A stretch of 64,000 nt of DNA from Bacteroidota bacterium (GCA_043783155.1 JAYVZS010000141.1:5428-69427); one strand, 5' to 3'. Shown: positions 30,655-40,910, counted from the stretch's first letter. Notes: a model not told the origin generated them from the letters alone. Numbers and translations: made by a program.

Positions 30655-30705
30655 GAATCAAGAATCAAGACAACGCGGCAATCTTGATTCTTGCGTCTTG
30701 AATCC
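30655..30705. repeat. CAAGAATCAAGAC / CTTGATTCTTGCGTCTTG inverted and direct repeats in the topA leader region
   Basis: GAATCAAGAATCAAGAC (30655-30671) versus ATCTTGATTCTTGCGTCTTGAATCC (30681-30705). It shares the TTGCGTCTT word with the 28031-28134 array and the TCTTGATTCTTG word with 33276-33332. Confidence 0.55.
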
Positions 30706-30910
30706 TTGTTCTTAATTTTTTTCGCGGGGACAAATAAACGCATTTTATTTTTTTCAAAACAATAATGAATTTCAACAGGTAAATAAATTGGTGTGTGAAA
30801 ACTGCATTTTACCAATGAAAATGTGTGTGTTGAATAGATACAAATTTAGAAAAAGAGGTCGAAGGAAAGAGAAATTATAAAAGTTGAGCAGACGAGCAGA
30901 TAATATCTGA

Positions 30911-31333
30911 CTATCTCGATGAAAAATTTATCGGTAGATTATAATATACCGCAACCTGTTTTCCGTTTTGTTTACCAGGAATCCACTTTGGCATCAACCT
31001 GATAACCCGTAATGCTTCTTCATCAAATGCACCACTCATGCCTCTAATTATTTTGGGATGCACAATATCTCCGTTTTTATCAACTACGAAATTTATATAT
31101 ACCCGACTCAAAACTGTATTTTTGTCCAAGGGGGGAAACTTTAAATTATTTCTTAAAAAATTAATCATAGCTTCTTCCCCACCGGGAAATTGAGGCATCT
31201 CTTCAACAATTGTAAAAGGCGTCTCATCAGCTGAAGTCGAATCCTGTTTTTGAGAAGAACCCTGTGCCTTACAATATAAATATGGAGTATTAAGAATAAT
31301 AAAAAGCAGAAGATGTTTGTGAAAATATCTCAT
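30911..31333 (-). CDS. small secreted TonB C-terminal domain protein
   Basis: The C-terminal ~90 aa carry a TonB-C-like pattern (EEMPQFPGGEEAMINFLRNNLKFP...VYINFVVDKNGDIVHPKIIRG...). The start is set at the ATG at 31333 (MRYFHKHLLLFIIL). The longer ORF back to 31528 would overlap the miaB promoter region. Confidence 0.55.
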   Translation of the reverse strand: MRYFHKHLLLFIILNTPYLYCKAQGSSQKQDSTSADETPFTIVEEMPQFPGGEEAMINFLRNNLKFPPLDKNTVLSRVYINFVVDKNGDIVHPKIIRGMSGAFDEEALRVIRLMPKWIPGKQNGKQVAVYYNLPINFSSR

Positions 31334-31514
31334 CCAATAAAACAATTTAGAAGTGTGAATGTAAAAATTACCGCGCAATCCGCAATTTAAAATCCAAAAT
31401 TCGCATTCTTCAACCTCTGCCACATTGGCAAGGATGCATATTAAATCTATCTTTGCGCCCATGTCATTTGAAGAAAATAAAATACAGGATGAATCGCGGC
31501 AGGGTGAAGTGTAC

Positions 31515-32990
31515 ATGACCTCACTCAAACCCTCTCCAAAAGAGAGGGCTTCCGGAGAAGTAAAAAAACTTTATTTAGAAAGTTATGGTTGCGCCATGAA
31601 TTTTTCTGACAGCGAAATCGTGGCTTCTATTATGACTGATCTCGGATTCATCACCACGAACACAACCGATGATGCAGATGTGATCTTCCTCAACACCTGT
31701 GCAATACGCGATAATGCAGAGTTGAGAATCTGGGCTCGCTTAAAAGATTTCAGAGGCATGAAGCGGAAAAATCCTTCGCTCATCGTTGGCGTTCTTGGTT
31801 GCATGGCCGAACGGTTGAAATCAAAATTATTAGAACAGGAAAAATTAGTTGACATTGTAGTGGGTCCGGATTCATACCGCGATTTACCGAATTTAATTGC
31901 CACTGTTGATTCGGGACAAAAAGCCGTGAATGTTTTATTGAGCCGTGAAGAAACGTATGCTGAAATCAGCCCGGTTCGTTTAGGAAGCAATGGCATCTCA
32001 GCATTTATTACCATCACACGCGGATGCGACAACATGTGTTCATTTTGTGTCGTTCCTTTCACACGCGGAAGAGAACGCAGCCGCGAACCTGAATCCATTA
32101 TCAACGAAGCACGACAACTTTCTGAAAACGGTTACAAGGAAATTACATTGCTGGGACAAAATGTGGATTCATATTTATGGCATCCGGATACGAATACAAA
32201 GAAGGAAATTTTTAAGAGAAATGAAGAAGCGGAGATTGAGGGAAACGGAGAGGCGGAGAATCGCCCACTCGCCGATTCACCCGCTCGCCGATTCGAATAC
32301 AAAGATGCAGTGTCGTTCGCCGATCTCCTCGAAATGGCAGCGAAAGTAAATCCTGACATGCGTGTGCGTTTTTCAACTTCCAACCCACACGATATGACGG
32401 ATGCAGTGTTGCACATCATGACGAAATATGAAAACATCTGCAACTACATTCACCTTCCTGTTCAAAGTGGAAACAGCGATGTACTTGAGAGGATGAACCG
32501 TGGTTACTCCCGCGAAGATTACATCAAACGAATTGAATCCATCCGGAATATTATTCCGGGCTGTGGAATTTCTACCGACATCATCACCGGTTTTTGCGGA
32601 GAGACGGAGGAAGAACACCACGAAACTCTTTCGCTGATGGAATGGGCCGGTTATGAATATGCATACATGTTTAAATATTCCGAGCGTCCAGGAACACAGG
32701 CAGCACGTCAGTACAAAGATGATGTTGTTGAAGAAATAAAAGCACGACGACTGACGGAAATCATCAACATGCAATCGAAACTTTCTCATCAAAGCAATCT
32801 GAAAGATCTGAATAAAACATTTCGCGTTTTAGTTGACAGCGTTTCAAAACGTTCCGACAAACATTTGTGTGGAAGGAATGATCAGAATAAAGTGATTGTA
32901 TTTCCAAGGGAACAATATAAGCCAGGAGATTATGTGAATGTTTTGGTTACAGACTGCACACCGGCAACATTGCTCGGTGAGGTTGTTTAA
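31515..32990 (+). CDS. miaB: tRNA-i6A37 methylthiotransferase
   Basis: The MTTase N-domain ([13 protein letters not shown]), the radical-SAM CxxxCxxC motif ([13 protein letters not shown]) and a TRAM domain at the C-terminus are present. The start is uncertain between 31461 and 31515. There is a low-complexity insertion at 32241-32295. Confidence 0.9.
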   Translation: MTSLKPSPKERASGEVKKLYLESYGCAMNFSDSEIVASIMTDLGFITTNTTDDADVIFLNTCAIRDNAELRIWARLKDFRGMKRKNPSLIVGVLGCMAERLKSKLLEQEKLVDIVVGPDSYRDLPNLIATVDSGQKAVNVLLSREETYAEISPVRLGSNGISAFITITRGCDNMCSFCVVPFTRGRERSREPESIINEARQLSENGYKEITLLGQNVDSYLWHPDTNTKKEIFKRNEEAEIEGNGEAENRPLADSPARRFEYKDAVSFADLLEMAAKVNPDMRVRFSTSNPHDMTDAVLHIMTKYENICNYIHLPVQSGNSDVLERMNRGYSREDYIKRIESIRNIIPGCGISTDIITGFCGETEEEHHETLSLMEWAGYEYAYMFKYSERPGTQAARQYKDDVVEEIKARRLTEIINMQSKLSHQSNLKDLNKTFRVLVDSVSKRSDKHLCGRNDQNKVIVFPREQYKPGDYVNVLVTDCTPATLLGEVV

Positions 32991-33096
32991 AAATGTTGGG
33001 ACGAGAGGCGGAGGACGAGGGACGATAGCGACAATATAATTCAAAAGATGATTCAAAAACTGTTTAAATTTCTATGCAAGAAAATGTTATAGCCAG

Positions 33097-33220
33097 CGCA
33101 CCCTTCGACTTCGCTCAGGGCGACATCGTGCGCGGGGTCATGCTGAGCGGAGTCGAAGCATGAGCGGAGTCGAAGCGCATGTGCAATAGCAAATATTTGA
33201 AATGAATTTTAAACAGTTTC
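33097..33220 (+). repeat. ~120 bp intergenic repeat element, copy 2 (reverse orientation relative to copy 1, with a 17 bp internal tandem duplication)
   Basis: CCCTTCGACTTCGCTCAGGGCGACATCGTGCGCGGGGTCATGCTGAGCGGAGTCGAAG followed by CAATAGCAAATATTTGAAATGAATTTTAAACAG. Its reverse complement aligns base-for-base with 12651-12754. Confidence 0.7.
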
Positions 33221-33275
33221 TTATTCCCTTCGTGAAAAAATTACCAACTCATAAAATATGCAGCCCCTGTCTCAC

Positions 33276-33332
33276 GTCTTGATTCTTGACTCTCATATCT
33301 TGCGTCTTGATCCTTATATCTTGATTCTTGCT
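33276..33332. repeat. three tandem ~19 bp repeats (CGTCTTGATTCTTGACTCTCAT / ATCTTGCGTCTTGATCCTTAT / ATCTTGATTCTTGCTTCTAAT) immediately upstream of the sigma-54 activator gene
   Basis: Direct inspection. It shares the motif ATCTTG(A/C)(T/G)TCTTG with 30655-30705, 28031-28134 (on the reverse complement) and 58272-58330. Confidence 0.6.
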
Positions 33333-33343
33333 TCTAATAATAT

Positions 33344-34573
33344 ATGACTCCTCTCGAAATAAAACAACGCTTCGGCATCATCGGCAACTCACCATTGCTC
33401 GATCATGCAATTAATGTAGCGCGACAGGTTGCCCCGACTGAAATCTCCGTGCTGATCAGCGGAGAAAGTGGCGTCGGTAAGGAAGTATTTCCTCAAATCA
33501 TTCATCAACTGAGCGCACGCAAACACGGACCGTACATCGCTGTAAACTGCGGCGCTATCCCCGAAGGAACGATTGACTCCGAATTATTCGGACATGAAAA
33601 AGGTTCATTTACAGGAGCGCATGAAGCACGCAAAGGATATTTTGAAGTATCAAACGGCGGAACTATTTTCCTGGATGAAGTGGGTGACCTACCTCTTAAC
33701 ACACAGGTCCGTTTACTTCGTGTACTTGAAACAGGTGAGTTCATCAAAGTGGGGTCATCGAAAGTGCAGAAGACAAACGTTCGTGTTGTCGGCGCTACCA
33801 ACGTGGATTTGTTGAGAGCGATTGAGAACGGAAAATTCCGCGAAGATTTGTATTATCGTTTAAACACCGTTCCGATCCGTGTTCCTCCGCTGCGCGACCG
33901 GAAAGAAGACGTGTATCTACTCTTCCGGAAATTCGCTTCCGATTTCGCTGAACGGTATCGCATGCCTGCTTTGGTATTGCAACCCGATGCGCAAAAATTC
34001 CTGACCGATTACCGCTGGCCGGGAAATATCCGACAGTTAAAAAATATCACCGAACAACTTTCTATCCTCGAAAAAAACCGTGAGATAACCGGTGAAACTT
34101 TATTGCGTTACTTACCTGCTGCTCCGTTCAGTAATTTGCCGGTGCTGATGAAAGACGGAGCAAAAGTTGGCGGAGAATTTTCGGAACGAGAACTGTTATA
34201 TAAGGTGTTGTTCGATATGAAGAAGGACATGAACGACATGAAGCAACTCGTAAACGACCTGATGCAAAATTCAGGCGGTGATCCCGAGTGGAAAGAACGC
34301 AATGCAAATATTCTCAATAATCTTCGCGTTGAACCTACTCCTTATATCCAGACATCGGATCCTAACGTTACCATACAACCAAATGTAGAGTCTGCGCCGG
34401 CTCATCATCCTCATGTGGAAGTGGAAGAATCACTATCATTGGAGGAAAAAGAAAAAGAGTTCATCAAAAAAGCATTGATCAAACACAAAGGCCGAAGGAA
34501 AAATGCAGCGAGAGAGCTGGGGATTTCGGAGAGGACGCTGTATAGGAAGATGAATGAGTATGGGATCCACTGA
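33344..34573 (+). CDS. sigma-54-dependent transcriptional activator (AAA+ domain plus C-terminal Fis-type HTH) with no N-terminal sensor or receiver domain
   Basis: Walker A GESGVGKE, GAFTGA (as GSFTGA), an ESELFGHEKG-like block and RWPGNIRQL are present. The C-terminus reads AARELGISERTLYRKMNEYGI. Confidence 0.85.
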   Translation: MTPLEIKQRFGIIGNSPLLDHAINVARQVAPTEISVLISGESGVGKEVFPQIIHQLSARKHGPYIAVNCGAIPEGTIDSELFGHEKGSFTGAHEARKGYFEVSNGGTIFLDEVGDLPLNTQVRLLRVLETGEFIKVGSSKVQKTNVRVVGATNVDLLRAIENGKFREDLYYRLNTVPIRVPPLRDRKEDVYLLFRKFASDFAERYRMPALVLQPDAQKFLTDYRWPGNIRQLKNITEQLSILEKNREITGETLLRYLPAAPFSNLPVLMKDGAKVGGEFSERELLYKVLFDMKKDMNDMKQLVNDLMQNSGGDPEWKERNANILNNLRVEPTPYIQTSDPNVTIQPNVESAPAHHPHVEVEESLSLEEKEKEFIKKALIKHKGRRKNAARELGISERTLYRKMNEYGIH

Positions 34574-34627
34574 GTTGGTGAGTGGATGAATTGGTGAAAT
34601 GAAAAAAGTAATAAGGAAGAAGTAATA

Positions 34628-35194
34628 ATGAATAAAAAAAAACTCATTGATACGTTAGTGCTAAGATTCTTCTCAGCATTTATTCCTTATTCCTTATTAA
34701 TTATTACTTCATTACTTATTACCTCATCACTTATTTCTTCTTGCAAGGTCAACTACTCCATGTCCGGCGCTTCCATTTCTCCGGATGTAAAAACTTTTAC
34801 AGTAAAATATTTTCAAAAAACTTCCGCGCTGGGTCCTTCGTCGTTGAGCCAGTTGCTCACAGAAAAACTGAAAGACCGATTTCTTTCTCAGACTACATTA
34901 AAACTTGCCGACAAAGATCCTGATCTTATTTTTGAAGGTACGATTACCAATTACGCCGTCACTCCACTGGCCATCCAGCCGAATGAAACAGCAGCGAATA
35001 ACCGGCTCACGATTTCCATTTCTGTCAAGTTCACGAACCTCAAAAACGAAAAACAGAATTTTGAAGCTACCTTTTCGCGGTATGCCGACTACCTCAGCAA
35101 TCAAAGTCTTACAACGGTAGAAACCGATCTCATCACGCAGATCAATGAATTGTTAGTGGACGATATTTTCAACAAAGCTTTTATCAACTGGTAA
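34628..35194 (+). CDS. LptE-like lipoprotein (candidate LPS-assembly lipoprotein)
   Basis: There is a lipobox around LISSC, and the protein has the size and beta-rich composition of LptE-family proteins. The call is tentative. Confidence 0.4.
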   Translation: MNKKKLIDTLVLRFFSAFIPYSLLIITSLLITSSLISSCKVNYSMSGASISPDVKTFTVKYFQKTSALGPSSLSQLLTEKLKDRFLSQTTLKLADKDPDLIFEGTITNYAVTPLAIQPNETAANNRLTISISVKFTNLKNEKQNFEATFSRYADYLSNQSLTTVETDLITQINELLVDDIFNKAFINW

Positions 35195-36663
35195 TGGAAC
35201 GTCGCCAATTCATAGAACTGATGGACAGCACCCAATCGCTCAACAAAGAAGCGATACCGGTATTGCAGGATTTCGTCAGCCGCTTTCCGTATTGCCAGAC
35301 AGGTCAATTATTGCTTGCTAAATATTTGCACGACAACAATAACATTCATTTTGATCAGCAATTGAAAACAGCGGCCGTGTATGCTGCCGACCGGAAAATT
35401 TTACACAACCTCATCCACCTTCAAAACGATAATTCTTTCAAAGAAGGATCTCCTGTCTTCAGGGAAGAACCTGTCTTTCCTTTCAAGTCAGTGTTTACAG
35501 AAGAAATCATAACACCGGCAGTTGAAATAAAAACTGTAACAGAAGAAAAAGTCTTTGTTGAATCACCTCCTGAACAAAATGTTTTCAGCAAACGTTTTTC
35601 TGCTCCTGAAACGAAAACAACTCCTCTTGAAGAAATAAAAGAAGAAATAAAACTGCCGACAATTCAGGAAGAACCTTCTGTGCAGGAAGAAACGTTCAGA
35701 GAATGGTTCAACGAAGCTGAATTATCAGGAGACGTAATCGAAGAAAAACCAAAAGCGCAGACAGATCCTCATGAAGTGATCAGGAGAAGGTTGAGTGAGT
35801 TATTGGGCGGAAATGTTTTGAAGAAGGATGACACCGATTTCAAAAACGATTACACCGACAAGAAAAATGATTCGAAGGATTTATTAGACACTTCTACCGA
35901 TTTGAAGAGTGGTTACACCGATTCGGAAAAGGATTTGTCCGAGGATTTCACCGATCTTAAAAAAGATTACACCAATTCTAAGACGAAGGAATTCATTGAC
36001 GATAAAAAAGTAACTGATGAAATTAAAGTTGAACAGGAGATTATTCCTGTTGACGCATCGTTTGATGTTGAACTGAAATCAGAAGAAGAAGAAATTATCA
36101 ATGATCAAATTGGAAAAGTGAAGGATGTGATCGACCGGATCGGGCTTGAACATGCTATGGAAGAAACCATCCTTCATTCCATCGAAAAGTTACCGTTAAT
36201 AAAAGAGGAAGTCAGCGAAGACTTTTCTCCTCAAAACGCAATTACATCTTCCGAAACCCATTCCTTCCTCGACTGGCTAAAGATAACCGCTGGCGAAAAT
36301 TACGGTCATGTTGAAGAGGTTCATGCTGAAGAAAATATCCCGGGCGAAATTGCTGCCGGTGAATCAGAATCCATGGAGCCCTACATCAGCAAAGAAGAAC
36401 TCATTGATCAGTTCATTGCCACTGAACCGAGAATCGTCCCGTCGAAAGTGGAGTTTTATTCTCCTGTCAACCAGGCAAAAAAGAGCATTGCCGAGCATGA
36501 TGACATTGTTTCTGAGACCTTAGCGAAGATCTACCTGAGCCAGGGAAACCTCTTGAAAGCCCGCTCGGGTTTCGAAAAATTAAGCTTGCTTCATCCCGAA
36601 AAAAGCAGTTACTTTGCGGCCCTTATTCAGGAAATTGATACTCACTTAAACAAGCAAGAATAA
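35194..36663 (+). CDS. hypothetical acidic protein with internal D/T/K-rich tandem peptide repeats and a TPR-like C-terminus
   Basis: Repeats of the form (D/K)(F/Y)TD(L/K)K(K/N)D (DFKNDYTDKKND, DLKSGYTDSEKD, DFTDLKKDYTNSK) occur in a strongly acidic central region. The C-terminus reads LAKIYLSQGNLLKARSGFEKLSLLHPEKSSYFAALIQEI. Confidence 0.5.
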   Translation: MERRQFIELMDSTQSLNKEAIPVLQDFVSRFPYCQTGQLLLAKYLHDNNNIHFDQQLKTAAVYAADRKILHNLIHLQNDNSFKEGSPVFREEPVFPFKSVFTEEIITPAVEIKTVTEEKVFVESPPEQNVFSKRFSAPETKTTPLEEIKEEIKLPTIQEEPSVQEETFREWFNEAELSGDVIEEKPKAQTDPHEVIRRRLSELLGGNVLKKDDTDFKNDYTDKKNDSKDLLDTSTDLKSGYTDSEKDLSEDFTDLKKDYTNSKTKEFIDDKKVTDEIKVEQEIIPVDASFDVELKSEEEEIINDQIGKVKDVIDRIGLEHAMEETILHSIEKLPLIKEEVSEDFSPQNAITSSETHSFLDWLKITAGENYGHVEEVHAEENIPGEIAAGESESMEPYISKEELIDQFIATEPRIVPSKVEFYSPVNQAKKSIAEHDDIVSETLAKIYLSQGNLLKARSGFEKLSLLHPEKSSYFAALIQEIDTHLNKQE

Positions 36664-37061
36664 TGTATACAGTCATCACAGTTTTAATCATCATCGTTGC
36701 CGTCCTTTTAGTTCTGGTTGTATTGGTTCAGAATTCCAAAGGAGGCGGTTTGGCTTCCGGTTTCGCAAGTTCCAACCAGGTGATGGGCGTTAAAAAAACC
36801 ACCGATTTCATTGAGAAATTAACCTGGGGTCTCGCTCTTGGTTTAGTTGTATTGTGTCTCGCTGCAAGTTTTGCTTTGCCGACGAAAGATGCAAGGGCGA
36901 ATGTAGGCAGCACAATGCAGGAACAAATTGATAATGGCGCTGCCGGTACTCAAAATCAAAAAGCACCTGCAACTGCTCCTGCTCAAAAACAGCCAGGACA
37001 GGCTCAACCGGTTCAGACTCAGCCGGCACAGCCTGCTCAGCCAGCTCCTGCTAAGAAATAA
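36663..37061 (+). CDS. secG: preprotein translocase subunit SecG with a P/A/Q-rich C-terminal extension
   Basis: The N-terminal TM helix and the motif LVQNSKGGGLASGFASSNQVMG are present. The C-terminal ~45 aa are low-complexity (PAQKQPGQAQPVQTQPAQPAQPAPAKK). Confidence 0.8.
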   Translation: MYTVITVLIIIVAVLLVLVVLVQNSKGGGLASGFASSNQVMGVKKTTDFIEKLTWGLALGLVVLCLAASFALPTKDARANVGSTMQEQIDNGAAGTQNQKAPATAPAQKQPGQAQPVQTQPAQPAQPAPAKK

Positions 37062-37115
37062 AGCGCCTCGCCCCTAACCCGCTCTCCAAAAGATGAGGGG
37101 AATGGAAGGCGTCAT

Positions 37116-37148
37116 GATGTCACCGCAAACTGTGACATCTTTTTTTTC
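37116..37148 (+). terminator. rho-independent terminator after secG (GATGTCAC-cgcaaact-GTGACATC followed by T8)
   Basis: An 8 bp perfect stem followed by a long T-run. Confidence 0.75.
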
Positions 37149-37254
37149 AAATGACAACTTTGACAGAAAAATCCGGTGGCACTATATTCGACAATGGCGG
37201 TCGAAATTAATTTCAATCAAACTATATTCTTTAACAATCTAAAATAAAAGTAAC

Positions 37255-37545
37255 ATGAGCAAATTCACCATCAAACCAATTGCAGGCACCCAGAACCGGG
37301 TGATCGTTGAACCTGCGAAGGCCGAAGAAAAAACAGCCAGCGGAATCATCATCCCTGACACGGCAAAAGAAAAACCTCAGCAAGGAACAGTTGTTTCTAT
37401 CAGCGAGGTTGACGAAAAAGGAAACAAGCCCTCTGTAAAAGTCGGCGACAAAGTATTGTACGGTAAATATGCCGGTACAGAAATCACGCACACAGGCAAA
37501 GAATATCTGATCATGCGTGAGTCTGATATTTTTGCGATCCTTTAA
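37255..37545 (+). CDS. groES: co-chaperonin GroES
   Basis: It is 96 aa; the motifs [18 protein letters not shown] and [14 protein letters not shown] are present. Confidence 0.95.
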   Translation: MSKFTIKPIAGTQNRVIVEPAKAEEKTASGIIIPDTAKEKPQQGTVVSISEVDEKGNKPSVKVGDKVLYGKYAGTEITHTGKEYLIMRESDIFAIL

Positions 37546-37625
37546 TCAGTAACGGGGTTTCTAAGTTACGAGGTAACGAAGTTAGTAAGATCCTCTTCGT
37601 CACCTAATCACTTGGTCAGTTTTTT
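37546..37625 (+). repeat. groES-groEL spacer element related to the atpD-atpC spacer element (shared words TAAGTTACGAGGT, AACGAAGTTA, CACCTAATCACTTGGTCAG) followed by a T-run
   Basis: It shares k-mers of 10 nt or more with 20075-20243. An imperfect hairpin GAGGTAACGAAG/CTTCGTCACCT is followed by TTTTTT. Confidence 0.5.
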
Positions 37626-37672
37626 CAACATTCAATTTATATCAATTAACAAACTAACATAAATAATCATAA

Positions 37673-39319
<1,647 letters not shown>

Positions 39320-39358
39320 ACAAACAGTTTTTAGTTTCATCCGAACATTTAATAAAGA

Positions 39359-39384
39359 CCCTGCCTCATCAGCAGGGTTTTTTA
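39359..39384 (+). terminator. rho-independent terminator after groEL (CCCTGC-ctcatca-GCAGGG followed by a T-run)
   Basis: A 6 bp GC-rich stem followed by TTTTTTATTTTT. Confidence 0.75.
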
Positions 39385-39394
39385 TTTTTACCAG

Positions 39395-39437
39395 CGCCGT
39401 CATTGCGAGCGTAGTGAAGCAATCCCAAAGCACCACC
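39395..39437 (+). repeat. CATTGCGAGCG...GAAGCAATCCC hairpin repeat, copy 1
   Basis: GTCATTGCGAGCGTAGTGAAGCAATCCC matches the reverse complement of 40911-40950 (CCATTGCGAGCGAAGCGAAGCAATCCC). Confidence 0.65.
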
Positions 39438-39504
39438 CAATCCAAAATTTTAAATTCCATATTCGAAATCCTAAAAATCCCGATCTCGAAGTTGGTTTTT
39501 AGGG

Positions 39505-39580
39505 AATATCGAATAGAGAATGTTGAATATTGAAGTTATGAAAATAATGAATATTGAACCCGAAATTTTGAATATTAAAT
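39505..39580. repeat. degenerate tandem TGAATATTGAA-type AT-rich repeats
   Basis: The word GAATATTGAA or a 1-mismatch variant occurs four times within 76 bp. Confidence 0.5.
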
Positions 39581-39630
39581 GTGAAGAAAGGTTTTTACTT
39601 TTACATTCGCATACTCTTTAACATACTACC

Positions 39631-40077
39631 ATGACCCTCGAAGAAACAATTAACAACGATTTGAAAACCGCCATGCTGGCGAAAGATGAAGTATCAGTAA
39701 GAAGTCTGAGAGCTGTGAAGTCGGCTATCTTACTGGCGAAGACTTCCGGCAGTGAAACTGTTTCCGCGGAAGATGAAATAAAAATGCTGCAGAAGCTGGT
39801 GAAACAACGCAAAGAGTCTGTTGACATTTATCAGCAGCAAAACCGGCCTGAACTCGCCAAGACAGAACTGGAAGAAATTGCGGTGATTGAAAAATATCTT
39901 CCAAAGCAAATGGGAGAAGAAGAAATAAAAGCAGAGTTGAAAAAAATTATTGAGCAGGTTGGCGCGAAGTCGGCGGCGGAGATGGGCAAAGTAATGGGCG
40001 CAGCTTCAAAACATTTTGCCGGCAAAGCCGATAATAAAGTAGTGTCGCAATTGGTGAAGGAGTTATTGGGAGCGTGA
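39631..40077 (+). CDS. yqeY: GatB/YqeY domain protein
   Basis: It is 148 aa and begins MTLEETINNDLKTAMLAKDEVSVRSLRAVKSAIL, which is typical of YqeY. Confidence 0.85.
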   Translation: MTLEETINNDLKTAMLAKDEVSVRSLRAVKSAILLAKTSGSETVSAEDEIKMLQKLVKQRKESVDIYQQQNRPELAKTELEEIAVIEKYLPKQMGEEEIKAELKKIIEQVGAKSAAEMGKVMGAASKHFAGKADNKVVSQLVKELLGA

Positions 40078-40206
40078 GGAGTTGGCAGTGGCAGGATATG
40101 ATTAGCAGTTGGCAGAGGCAGAAGGCAGTTGAGGTAATTTTTTAGTTAACATGATTGCTTAGTAGCAGCGTTTTATATATTTTTTTAATTGTAAAAATTT
40201 TTAAAC

Positions 40207-40766
40207 ATGAACAGAAAGCAAAAGCAGGTGATCCTGCCGGATGAAACCATCATCAGTAAGATTTATTTAATAAGGAAGCAGAAAGTTATGGTCGATAAAG
40301 ATCTTGCTTTACTCTACGGGGTACTTGTTAAGAATCTTAATAAAGCAGTCAAAAGAAATGCGAAACGATTTCCCCCTGATTTTATGTTTCAACTTACGGA
40401 GAAGGAACATGATTCTCTAAGGTTCCAAATTGGAACCTTAGAGAAAGGAAAACATTCAAAGTATTTACCTTATTATTCACAGAACAAGGAGTTGCTATGC
40501 TTTCAAGCGTTCTTAATTCTGAAAGAGCGGTGGAGGTAAACATTCGAATCATCCGCATATTTACTAAGATGCGGGAAATGATCATGACGAATAAAGACAT
40601 TTTGCTGAAGCTTGAATTATTGGAAAAAAGAATGATGAAGCAAGACGAAAAGACAAAAAAACATGATGATGAAATACAATTGATCTTTACGTACCTAAAA
40701 GAGTTGCTGAATCCTTCGCATCCGTCAATGAAAAAAATTGGTTACAAAAGGTATAATGATGAGTAG
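40207..40766 (+). pseudogene. ORF6N (KilA-N-like) domain gene disrupted by a single-base deletion frameshift near 40481
   Basis: ORF 40207-40539 reads ...RGQKVMVDKDLALLYGV..KNLNKAVKRNAKRFPPDFMFQLTEKE...KYLPY. The +1 frame then continues FTEQGVAMLSSVLNSERAVEVNIRIIRIFTKMRE... (40497-40766). Together they reconstitute the canonical ORF6N domain pattern LPYAFTEQGVAMLSSVLNS. Confidence 0.55.
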
Positions 40767-40910
40767 AGGTTTTGGTGGAACAAACCTGGCTTCAGGTCTA
40801 AGATCACAATTTGTGACCTTAGAGATTGATGCCTTCGATTCTTTTTTAATGTTTACTATGACAAAAGCAGCTAACTTCCTAGCCCTGACCGAAATGGAAA
40901 GCCCGCGCAG

